Shown piece by piece: positions 47,480-59,014 of a stretch of DNA of 64,000 bases. This DNA comes from Paraspadella gotoi. Its lineage: Eukaryota > Animalia > Chaetognatha. The DNA lies in assembly GCA_051294375.1 (NCBI GenBank), contig CM119264.1:13722813-13786812 (forward strand), given 5' to 3'. The position numbers were made by a program, and so were the translations under genes. Position 1 is the first letter of the stretch; the number at the start of each line of letters is the position of its first letter. The notes under the pieces were generated by a model that saw only the letters and a program-made list of their open reading frames with translations, searched no databases and was not told the DNA's origin.

Positions 47480-48979
47480 ATGGAAAGGCGTATATTTGAC
47501 AGATTGCTGCGAGATTTTGCCGACCATCTAGCCCCGCCTGCAGATTGGGCGAGATGCGCAAAAAATAATCTTGAAAGTCTCGTCAACGTTTTGTCGCAAC
47601 ATTCGACGTACGAATTAGATCGACACGTGATCGTGGGTGGCGTCGCCAAAGGCACGTCGACCAATCTCAAGGCCGACATCGACGCTGTCATCTATTACAA
47701 TGATGAATATAAACAGTATGATCGAAAAGTCGTTTTGGCCGAATGGAACCAATGCTTAGTTCTCCACACATCTCTCACAAACGAAGATGTTCGACGAACC
47801 GACTATCTACTGTCATTTCAATACAAAGGCATCAAGATGGACATTGTGGCCATCCGAAACAACGTACATGGAAATCAACCGTTTCCGGAGTTTGAACAAA
47901 TGATGAATGATTTCCAAGAAGTGAGGGCTTCACGCGATCCTTCGGAAGCGGCCAAAGAGTTGACTTTGTCGACTCAGAGTGTCAAGTGGATGAGTACGAA
48001 GCACCCTGACGTCGTGCTTTTCGTTCGTTTAGCAAAGTTCTGGATGCAGACCGTTCTCTTTGACGAAACGGTGAACGGTATGTCGTACATTTTCGAGAAT
48101 CTTGCCATCAAGGCCATGTTCACTGTCGAAGATGATGGGGATGCCTCTCCGAGCTTCACAAAAGCTCTCGAACGTTTTCTCTCCCATGTCAGAAACATGG
48201 ATTCGTTAAACGTTCATTTCAACTCATCCAACGGAGCGTGGTATGAAAATAACAAGATCCCCGAAGGAATACGGAGTCAAATTCCTCTTCTCTTGGATCC
48301 AATCAACCCTTACAACAACCTTCTCGATGTTTACAAAAGTGTTAAGGCAAAATTTTTTAAAATTTTTAGCGATTATGCGGAAGAAACGCTAAAAATTTTA
48401 AATGAAATAAGCAACAATGGATATGTCGATAGAAGCGACGTAGCGAAGCTATTTTTACCCCGAATTCGTCCTGGGGAATTGGGCGAGTGTCCCGAGTTGG
48501 TGGAAATTTCGACAGAAATCGTCGAACGAAAACCCGACGATGCAGAAGCCGCGTTGCCACGTCGACTAAAATCGCGGGTTTCGGTTCCAGATTCCAAATT
48601 GCTTCACTTTCATCGTCTTTTGGAAACGCTGATGCTTAACGTCGCAGCGGAAGTGAGGCTGGATAGCTGGAGTCGAAAGTTTTCCAGTCCTAATGAAATC
48701 GCTGAAAGAACAGAGACTTTTTTGGAGAAAGAGTCGAAAACCAAATGTATAATGATAACCAACTTGCTAGAGAAACCTTTTGGGGTTGTGGATTCTACAT
48801 TCCGATCGGTCGGGATAAAGAATTACGATGCTTCTTCAAGATGGAAATGCTTGAAACTGGTGGAGGCCAGGATTCGACGCATGAAGTTAGAGCAAAAGAA
48901 GGCGGAACAATTTGAACAGTTTCAATGGGATCAGTTGCACGGGAACGTTTCTTGTATCGATTCCTGCACTATTAGTTGA
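47480..48979 (+). CDS. OAS: 2'-5'-oligoadenylate synthetase-like nucleotidyltransferase (pol-beta superfamily NTase + OAS1_C-like domain) with C-terminal extension; coding region intronless
   Basis: VGGVAKGTSTNLKADIDAV fits hG[GS]x9-13Dh[DE]h (D66, D68; compare OAS1 GGSSGKGTTLRGRSDADLV); third acid in KMD121IV; FVRLAKFW ~ LIRLVKHW; SYIFENLAI ~ QYALELLTV; LLLDPINPYNNL ~ VILDPADPTGNL. A possible acceptor (ctgacAG) lies just before the ATG; aataaa at ~49142. The last ~80 aa may be in the wrong frame. Confidence 0.9.
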   Translation: MERRIFDRLLRDFADHLAPPADWARCAKNNLESLVNVLSQHSTYELDRHVIVGGVAKGTSTNLKADIDAVIYYNDEYKQYDRKVVLAEWNQCLVLHTSLTNEDVRRTDYLLSFQYKGIKMDIVAIRNNVHGNQPFPEFEQMMNDFQEVRASRDPSEAAKELTLSTQSVKWMSTKHPDVVLFVRLAKFWMQTVLFDETVNGMSYIFENLAIKAMFTVEDDGDASPSFTKALERFLSHVRNMDSLNVHFNSSNGAWYENNKIPEGIRSQIPLLLDPINPYNNLLDVYKSVKAKFFKIFSDYAEETLKILNEISNNGYVDRSDVAKLFLPRIRPGELGECPELVEISTEIVERKPDDAEAALPRRLKSRVSVPDSKLLHFHRLLETLMLNVAAEVRLDSWSRKFSSPNEIAERTETFLEKESKTKCIMITNLLEKPFGVVDSTFRSVGIKNYDASSRWKCLKLVEARIRRMKLEQKKAEQFEQFQWDQLHGNVSCIDSCTIS

Positions 48980-49630
48980 TTTAGACAAAATATTGTTAAA
49001 TATATACTTATGGTGAATGTTGGTTTAAGTTGTGTTAAAATTCGTTTACAAAAAAAAACATACCTTTTACCCAATAGATATTGTGACTTGAATTGTGCCT
49101 GAATTATTATTCAGCCTACTGATATAATACTTTACCTTATTAATAAATATATTATATTTCCGTGATCCACCTCTCTCTCTGTCTCTCTCTCTCTCTCTCA
49201 CACACACCACACACACACACGCACAAACAAACAAATATTCGCTGAACAGTGACCTCTCGATGTTTGCAAAACTATTTTTACATTTTTAAAAACACATGCT
49301 CATTAATCAATCAATTAAATAATCAATCAAATTAATCAGTCAAATAATCAATCAATCAATTGATCTATTAGTTTATCAGTCAGTGACCCAACGAAAAGAC
49401 CTAAAACAAATAAGTTTGAGCAATTAGTGACGGATCTGATCAGATAATTATTTAATCAATTAATCAATCAATTAATTAATCAACGTTGGTTTTATCCTCG
49501 TCGTTGTTGCCATCAACGTCGTCGTTGTTTTTGTCGTGGTTAGTGACTAGTGACAAGACGAAAAGACCAAAAACCAAAAAGTTTGTGCAAACAAATTAAA
49601 TTTAAAAATTAATTAATGTGTATTAAATTA

Positions 49631-50903
49631 TAAATTAAATTATAAATTATATAAATATAATTTGGACAGTGTTACCCCTAAAAAAGCAGCACTAGGTGTA
49701 TTTATTAGCCAATTAATAAGATATGCAAGAATATGTTCGACGTTTATAGATTTCCTTCAAGAGCTATAAATTAAGCAAAAAACTCAAAGTCAGGGTTATA
49801 TATTTAAGGACTTAAAGAAAAATGGGAATTAAATTTTCAATAATTATAAGGAGCTAAATAAAAAAATATAATGTTACTGATGTTAATCTATTTTCAAAAA
49901 AGATTATACATGATAGTTCCAAATAAAAATAATAAGGAAAAGATAACCAAAATAAACCACTAAATAATAATTATAATAATAACATCAACAATATTATTTA
50001 AATAACTTATTTAACTTATTTAACTCTCTGATTTAATTTATTTTTTAACTTTTACCAATTAACTTAATGTTAACTTTACATTAACATACCCTTAATTATT
50101 AACTTATTATTAAACTAATTATTTAACTTATTTTATTTATTTACAAATTACAAATTATTACAAAACCTGAATAAAATTTCTCTAAAATAATAAATGCTGT
50201 GATGCCAGGGCTTTGGTCTGTTCAGATAAACATTCAAGATATACATTGTTAAAACTATAAGATAAGCAACAATGAAGGATCACCATTTGGTGATGGCTCA
50301 CCTATACCTGGATATTGGGATTAAAGAGCCGAAATCCATGAAGGGTATAGGTTCCCAACTGATGACCTTCCCATTGTATAAATAATAAAATTAAAAATAT
50401 TCAAAAGAAATAATTTAAAAAGTAGAATAAAGAAAAAATATTATTTAAAAATATATTCATGACATAAAGGTGCCCCTATAGACCTTTCCCCGGTATGTAT
50501 CCCTATCAGAACATACAATTCTACATGGTAGTCTTATCCCTATTAGTAAAAAAAATCATATATAACTTTGATCACCCCTCAAAAAATTAATCCATTCCCA
50601 CCCCTTTCTTGTCAGCCTCTTAGATATTATATTTTCATTAATGACTTTCTAACAGAAATGATGTGTAATATCTATTAGAAAACTAGGTACAGATAGTAAT
50701 CTAACCTTGTGTTGTAATAGATGCTCCCTCTATTTCCAGAAGACAACACGACTTCCCCTTCCCAAATTGAATTATTAATAAATAAAAACATTTTTAAGAA
50801 AGAAAGCAATATATATTGATTAAATAATAAGATTAAATACTAAATCCTTCATAAAATATAAAAATAGAAAATAGTGAAACAAGTAATTTGCAAATTTTCA
50901 TTA
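49631..50903. other. 1.27-kb AT-rich segment present in copy 1 and absent from copy 2
   Basis: Copy 2 reads gtgtattaaATTAattagttattg continuously (58127-58150); copy 1 has these flanks separated, with a 4-bp ATTA overlap. Confidence 0.8.
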
Positions 50904-51146
50904 ATTAGTTATTGTTTTAACTAATTAATTAATAAATTAATGTTTTAAAGTAATTAATTAATTAATTACCGCTAATGATCGTGGGCAATATCCGACATTG
51001 TTTGTTCAAACTTGTTTTGAGAAATCGTAATCTACTTTGACGTAAGATGACTTTTAACCTTGGATGAGTTACCTCATTTATCATATGAGCAATAGGTTCC
51101 TTTCCATAGGAAGGAAAAAAGATTAGAACAACAATGATATCCTTAC

Positions 51147-51420
51147 TCCTGTTCCATTCGGATTCCGCGGCACGAATTTTATCGGCGACTTTCCTTTCCC
51201 ATTCCCATTTCCCTTTCCCATCGTTTTTTTTTGTTCTCGTTCCGTTTCAGCATTCGCCTCGATATATCTTCGAATTACCAAGAATGAACATTCTGACCCT
51301 CACATCTTTCTCTTGCGCGACCCTTGACCTATTCGTTCTTATCTTGTTTATTTCCGATGACCTTTCCAAACGAGCGGTCAAAATCGAAAGGGCGTTGGAA
51401 ATCGCGAAATCATTCGGTGA
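51147..51420 (-). CDS. Possible exon with a charged helical peptide (...WEWERKVADKIRAAESEWNR); re-read at ~58385-58650
   Basis: Strong a|GTaagg donor on the minus strand; upstream frame is broken by indels and the acceptor is unclear. Confidence 0.3.
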
Positions 51421-54400
51421 CATTCAATCCTTGAGGATGCGAACGATACTACATTAATAGTAGTACGCATTTGTATTGCCATTATGTATCGCTATCCCGT
51501 CCCGTTATTTCCGCTTTTCATCGCGACAATGACAATGACAATGACAATGAAGGGTATCGCTATCGGGTCCCGTTATCTCCGCTTTTCATCGCGACAATGA
51601 AGCCAGAAAAGTTACAACCAAAATGAAAATCAAGTTTGTCCGATTTATTTCTCCCGGTGACGCAAAGTTTAGAGTGAAAACTGAAACTGAAAAGAAAATA
51701 ACAAACTGTTGGATTTCCCAGCTGGAGAGGACTCCGAGACGACGAACGACGACGACGACGACGACGAATGTGACATCGAAGACTAGCAAAAGAATCTAAT
51801 GAATTTTTTTTTTCATATTGATCAGCCTATCATTATAATTTTAGTTACGGGGACAAAAAACAAATAAAGTAAATTATAATACCCAAGATACTTTTAAAGT
51901 TGAATGGAAGAAAAGGTGTGACGAAAAAGCGTCTTACGAAAGTATTTGAAAAAAAATACTAATGTTTGATTTGGAAGGAAATTTACTTACGTTTTAGTCG
52001 TTCGTTTCATCGACACCCGACTTTCAATGCCGCGGCAGATGCAGTCTTCGGGTGCAGTTCAACGCTGCTTTTTTCCTGCTGTTTGCAATCTCAGGTGCCA
52101 AGAGTTTTTGGAAAAAAAACAAAGCTCGATCAACAACCCTTTTTCCCTTTCTGTCGAAGAACCGAAATACGATTTTAACTTCGAATTGCTTTTTTTTAAT
52201 TGCTTCTTTTTTAATTTAAAAACAAATTATATTTCGTACTAAATTTACGTCCTTCTTTCGTCATTTCTAAACCTATAAAATCGCTCGAGGTGAACTTTTA
52301 AACTTTAATGATTTATACCTAGAAATAAACTAATAAAACGATTATCTGATCTTCGTTGATACTCAGGACGCGAACGCCCAACCGTGTTTTTGTAATTTTT
52401 TTTATTATATAAAAGGAAACAGTCCACTGATCCGGGGTCGATCAACTCCCATACTTGGTCAACACTCTTTTCTGATACATTAATCTTTTCCGTAAATCAC
52501 CGTAAATAAAATTTCTCCAGTTTTACCCGCATTGGATTAAGTGTCCGCACGACTAAACAGCTGACGTCATATTTTTTGTTGGGCGGTTTTTAAAATCAAA
52601 GAATAACGCTTTGTTGTGACTCTTGGACTAAAGCGAAATCTGTTATTTCGCTCAAAAAACACTTTATAAAAAAATATGAGTTTTACAACAATTCTACTTT
52701 TTTTTACGTTTAGTTTGTAAAATATGCACATAGTAAATCCCTTTAATTTTCAATTTTTGCACGAGTTTTTGGTTAATTTGTAAATGATCCTTAAAAACTA
52801 ATTTCGCTTTTTTTTAAGTTAAAGCAACGCGATCGTTTCCCCAAATAAAAACACTTAAAACGCGTCCTTTCATTTTGTCCTTGACGTCGTCACCCTCCCG
52901 ACCCAAGTTCTGATTCAACCCAAACGCCCTTTCCTAATCACAATTTAACCTACTTTTTGAAAAAAAAGATTTGATCAGGAAAACAAATTAAAAATTTATT
53001 TGAGATGATTCTCCTCAGCATTAAAACACTTATTACTGGTTCAGAATATAAAGCATATCTATATCAATTTTTGTTTAAAAAATCGTTTACGGGATTTAGT
53101 ATTGAAATCCAAAAAGGAACTTGTAAGTACGCATTACTTCTCACTACCCATCAATTAACTATATCATATTTTGAGCCCAAACCACCTGACTTAAAGTGCG
53201 ACAGCTTGCCAAACTTATATCTACGACGACGACGACGACGAAGACGACGACGACGAAGACACGGATTTTGTTTACATCCTCCCCTACTCTTCCTCATCGG
53301 CTGCTCCTTTCCCTCGGCTCCTCCTCCTCTTCTACTCCCTCCCCCTCCTCCTTTCTACTCCTCCTTCCCCCTCCTCCTCATTCTTGTATCTCTTTCTCTC
53401 GATGGCGATTCGTCTTCTGTTCGACCGAGATTCCAGATCCGCCCCCGAAAGGGGGAAAAAAAAGAAAGAAAAAAAAAAAAAACAAACGACGGATAAAAAT
53501 GAAGAGAAATAAAAGAAAGAAACGAATAAAAGAAAATAAATTAAAAATTTCTAAATTTATCCAGAAAAAAAAACTTTCAAAAATTTACTATTTGTATTAA
53601 GAAATTTTAATATATTTTCATTTTAAAAGTGAAAATCCTTTAAAAAAATGAAAATCCGGTTGACTCGAATGGGACTTTGGAGGCGGCGTTCTTAATTTTG
53701 TCGACATCTTTAAGAGATTCACTATCTTCACAATTCACGAGCAAAGGGTATTTTTGGCTCAATGATCTGATTTTCAAAACTGTGAGTTTATCTTCGAATT
53801 AATGCTTTCGATGGAAAAGGTAAGATTTTTAAGTCTCTATCGCTTCTATCCACTTTTTAATTTTTGATTTGTGATTTGAGATGAGACACACATCATTCAT
53901 CAGAGAAAGCAATTTTTAGACTGTTTGTTGCTTGTTGCCCATTTAATGTTATGCTATTAAATATTTGTTATTTTTATGAAACTTGTTTTATTTTCAGGAT
54001 CCTGTTCACCGATGTTTCAGTGAGGATAAAAAATTTACATCCTTTTTAATATTTATCTAGCGACAATAAGAAATCAACATAATACAATATAAAAAGCCAA
54101 GACATCAGCGAAATGTTTAAAATAATTTAACTCTCGACCGCTTTTTAGTTTTTTCAAAGTTAATTTTTCCGATGAGAATTTTCCGTCGTCATCGCGTGTG
54201 GCTTCTAAAAAATCTTTTTCCCCCGAAGTTTTTTAAAAAGAGTATTTTATCGTTATTTTTTATTCATTCCTTCTTTCAGCTTTGTTTTAAAATTATCATA
54301 AATAGCCCGTGTCTATAAACCGAAGAATAAAAAGATATGAGTGAAAAAAAATTCTTATCACCAGAAAAAGCTCAAGAAGAAAAATCCAAAAATTCGACAA

Positions 54401-55651
54401 AATCCAGATGTAGATTTTTGTTACTTATTACAATCATCCTCAATTGTTGTTCTCCCGAGCTGCCAGCGGCCGATCACCGGCAAAACACCGCCGCTCACTG
54501 CTCATCAACGGGGGAAGACGTCCCTCCGACTCTACCGTCCAAATCGTGCGCCCCCCCACCCCTCATCCATCCGCCACCAGTTCGAACAATCGGTCTAATC
54601 GCTTCCAAGTCTTCCGCCTCGATCCTCGTCCAACTTTCCTTCCAGGCCGCACAAAAAAGAAAAAATGACTTTCGATCCCGATTTTGCGCCAACAACTTTT
54701 GCCGGATTCTCTTGCCGACTTTTGGAATCTTTCGCCGACGGGGCCGAACCCTCCGTCCCCGCGGAACCACGACCTGCTCTTTGCCCCCCGAATCGCCCCT
54801 GAGATCTTCGCGAAGGTCGCCCAAGGGACGGCCTACGATCCGCTCTTGCCTCCCAGTTCGCCGCTCAGGTCTCCACGACGGTCTCCTCGATCGCCTTCGG
54901 ACCCACCTTCTCCTCCGTCCAATCTCGAGGCGGACTGTCCCTCTCTCCTCCTCCCTCCACCCTCCGTCCTCTTCCTCCTCTTCCTCTTCCTCCGCTTTCG
55001 TCCGGACTTCGTACAAGAAACTCTTCCGCGTCAAACCCCCGCCCTCTTTTTCTTTTGGCAAAAGAAAACAAACGAACAAAACAAACGTTGATCGGAGGGA
55101 AGAAACGGACAAACGAACGGAATAAAGAACGGAGTGACGAAACGGATTAACGAACGGATTAACGAATGAAAAGGCGAACAATGTCGTCGAAAGAACCAAA
55201 ACCGGAACTTCAGTCAAACAACGGAGAACTGGACGAAGCGCGCGGAAAGGAACGACCGGAAGTGACGGCGCGAGAACGCCACTCGTTGAGGAGGCGCGAA
55301 AAGGTCGCTCCGCCGCGCTCGTTGTCTCGGCGGCGGCTGGCGTCGGCGGCTGCGAAGGCGTTCTCCCATCAAATCTTCGGCGTCCTTCGTCTCCCACGTT
55401 CCGCCAGAGTTTCTCCCACATCGATTTTTTCAAAACAACAACGAGCGATTTGTAAAACAAATAAGAGGCCGAAGGAGGCGGAAGGAGATGACGAGGGAAG
55501 AAGGGGAAAAAGGGGAAGCAGCTCGAAAAAAGGACGTTTTTGTTTGAAAATGGGCGCCGCGATTCTTCGGGGGAAAAAGTCATTCCACCTCTAATTCCGC
55601 TCNNNNNNNNNNNNNNNNNNNNNNNNNCCCACACACACAAGAGAGAGATCC

Positions 55652-57497
55652 GATTTCCAGAGTGAGGGATTCATGCGACCTTCGGAGCGGGCCCTAAAGA
55701 GTTGACTTTGTCGACTCAGAGTGTCAGAAGTGGCGAGTACGAAGCAACGCCTGACGTCGTGCTTTTCCGTTCGTTTAGCAAAGTTCTCGGAGCAGACCCG
55801 TTCTCTTTGACGAAACGCCGTGAACGGAACTGTGCGGTAATTTTCGAGAATCCTTGCCATCAAGGGCCATGTTCACTAGGCCGGAACAGGTTAAAACTAG
55901 AAGTCTCATCAAATATAATAGGTAAACGTGACTGTTCAGAGAATATGAAAATAAGAAATTATTTTGAAAATTATTCTCATTAATAAGCGCAGCGGAAGCC
56001 TTTAAAGATTTTTTTTACTGATAACCGTCTAAACAATTCTTTTTTCCCGAATTATTACAATTTTTGTTTCTGAGTAGGATTCTGATAGAGCTTTAAAAGT
56101 TAAAATAAAGGTTATTAATAGCAACTTTTTTAAATTTTTCTCTTGTTTTATCTGATCAACAATTTTAAGAAAACCTATAAACATTCAGCCAATGATCGCA
56201 TGATGATGACTGATTTTTAACTTTTTTCTTGTTTTGTAACCAATTTCTTGGTCAAAATTTTAAAAAAATTGTAGTAACTAACTTTCATGTTAACTTTCAA
56301 GCTTTTCATAAGAATCCGTCTCTCACCACACCACCATCACTCTCTCTCTTAAAAAAATTTTTTGTCATCTGTGTTATATACTATAAATTATTTAGAAACA
56401 CAACGCTTCAGTGCAACAACACGCAATGAACCTCACATTCAAAAGGTCTGCTTGAAAGAATACGATGTTAGTAATGGAAGGAGAAAAGAATTTTTCTTTG
56501 ACGCAGAACTTAGAAGTTATAAAAAGTGTTCAACTTTTTGGCCCCGCCTTAATGTTCACCTGTCCGCAAGAATGATGGGGATGCTCTTCCGACGTTTCAC
56601 AAGCTTCGAACGATTTTCTCTCCCTATATGTCCAGAAAAGCTCATCGGCACTTCGTCCTAACGTCTCATCCCTTCAACCTCCACATCCCCGGACGCACCG
56701 TGAGAGTTAACAAAAACTACCAGAATATGTACACCACCACAATGGAAGAGAGAGGAAAGAGAGATATCACATACACTCTATATCACTATTGGAGTCCAAT
56801 AACGCGCATACAACAATCTTCTCAATGTTTACAAAATGTTAAGGCAAAATTTATTAAAATTTTTTAGCGATTATGCGGAAGAAACGCTAAAAATTTTAAA
56901 ATGAAATAAGCAACAATGGATATGTCGATAGAAGCGACGTAGCGAAGCTATTTTTACGCGGCCGAATTCGTCGTAGGCGAATTGGGCGAGTGTCCCGAGT
57001 TGGTGGAAATTTCGACAGAAAACCGAAACGAAAACGACACGAGATAGAACCACGAACCACAAACGCGGTGCCACGTCGCCAACTCGCGGGTTTTGGATGC
57101 CAGGATTCCAAATTGCTTCACTTTAATCGTCTTTTGGAAACGCTGATGCTTAACGTCGCAGCGGAAGTGAGGCTGGATAGCTGGAGTCGAAAGTTTTCCA
57201 GTCCTAATGAAATCGCTAAAAGAACAGAGACTTTTTTGGAGAAAGAGTCAATGGAAAACCAAATGTATAATGATAACCCACTTGCTAGAGAAACCTTTTG
57301 GGGTTGTGGATTCTACATTCCGATCGGTCGGGATAAAGAATTACGATGCTCTTCAAGATGAAATGCTTGAAACTGTGGGACGGCCAGGATTCGACGCATG
57401 AAGTTAGAGCAAAGAGAGGCGGAACAATTTGAACAGGTTTCAATGGGATCAGTTGCACGGGAACGTTTCTTGTATCGATTCCTGCACTATTAGTTGA
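55652..57497 (+). pseudogene. Second, 5'-incomplete copy or allele of the OAS-like gene, interrupted by an insertion
   Basis: Colinear with 47909-48979; very noisy near the gap; carries a 675-bp insertion after ...gccatgttcac. Confidence 0.75.
55877..56551. mobile_element. 675-bp hAT-like non-autonomous insertion within the OAS-like coding sequence
   Basis: ATGTTCAC occurs once in the intact gene (48116-48123) but flanks both sides here (55869-55876, 56552-56559). The 8-bp duplication fits the hAT nTnnnnAn pattern; termini TAGGCCGG... and (reverse complement) TAAGGCGG... are an imperfect inverted repeat. Confidence 0.75.
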
Positions 57498-58972
57498 TTT
57501 AGACAAAATATTGTTAAATATATACTTATGGTGAATGTTGGTTTAAGTGTGTTAAAATTCGTTTACAAAAAAAAAAATACCTTTTACCCAATAGATATTG
57601 TGACTTGAATTGTGCCTGAATTATTATTCAGCTACTGATATAATACTTTACCTTATTAATAATATATTTTATTTCCGTGATCCACCTCTCTCTCTGTCTC
57701 TCTCTCTCTCTCTCACAACACCACACACACACACGCACAAACAAACAAATATTCGCTGACAGTGACCCTCGATGTTTGCAAAACTATTTTTCATTTTTAA
57801 AAACACATGCGCATTAATCAATCAATTAAATATCAATCAAATTAATCAGTCAAATAATAATCAATCAATTGATCTATTAGTTTATAGTCAGTGACCCAAC
57901 GAAAAGACCTAAAACAAATAAGTTTGAGCAATTAGTGACGGATCTGATCAGATAATTATTTAATCAATTAATCAATCAATTAATTAATCAACGTTGGTTT
58001 ATCCTCGGTCGTTGTTGCCAGTCGGCCATCAACGTCGTCGTTGTTTTTGTCGTGGTTAGTGACATGACGAAAAGACCAAAAAAACCAAAAAGTTTGTACA
58101 AACAATTAATTTAATAATTAATTAATGTGTATTAAATTAATTAGTTATTGTTTTAACTAATTAATTAATAAATTAATGTTTTAAGTAATTAATTAATTAA
58201 TTACCGCTAATGATCGTGGGCAATATCCGACATTGTTTGTTCAAACTTGTTTTGAGAAATCGTAATCTACTTTGACGTAAAGATGACTTTTAACCTTGGA
58301 TGAGTTACCTCATTTATCATATGAGCAATAGGTTCCTTTCCATAGGAAGGAAAAAAGATTAGAACAACAATGATATCCTTACTCCTGTTCCATTCGGATT
58401 CCGCGGCACGAATTTTATCGGCGACTTTCCTTTCCCATTCCCATTTCCCTTTCCCATCGTTTTTTTTTTGTTCTCGGTTCCGTTTCAGCATTCGCCTCGA
58501 TATATCTTCGAATTACCAGAATGAACATTCTGACCCTCACATCTTTCTCCTTGCGCGACCCTTGACCTATTCGTTCTTATCTTGTTTATTCCCGATGACC
58601 TTTCCAAAACGAGCGGTCAAAATCGAAAGGGCGTTGGAATCGCGAAATCATTCGGTGACATTCAATCCTTGAGGATGCGACGATACTACATTAATAGTAG
58701 TACGCATTTGTATTTGCCATTTGTATCGCTATCCCGTCCCGTTATTTCCGCTTTTCATCGCGACAATGACAATGACAATGACAATGAAGGGTATCGCTAT
58801 CGGGTCCCGTTATCTCCGCTTTTCATCGCGACAATGACAGCCAGAAAAGTTACAACCAAAATGAAATCAAGTTTGTCCGATTTATTTCTCCCGGTGACGC
58901 AAAGTTTAGAGTGAAAACTGAAACTGAAAGAAAAATAACAAACTGTTGGGATTTCCCAGCTGGAGAGGACTC

Positions 58973-59014
<42 letters not shown>

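Noticed and set aside
49631-50903. Mitochondrial insertion (NUMT)
   Set aside because: Very AT-rich, but I could not read any mitochondrial protein, rRNA or tRNA signature; a BLAST search would be needed.
51488-51603. Two ~45-bp direct repeats separated by (gacaat)n, superficially repeat-spacer-like
   Set aside because: Only two units with a microsatellite between them in eukaryotic DNA and no cas genes; a local tandem duplication, not CRISPR.
55652-57497. A genuine two-gene OAS tandem cluster
   Set aside because: Not excluded, but copy 2 starts mid-gene exactly at the gap and the whole flanking region is re-read, so an allelic overlap is more parsimonious.
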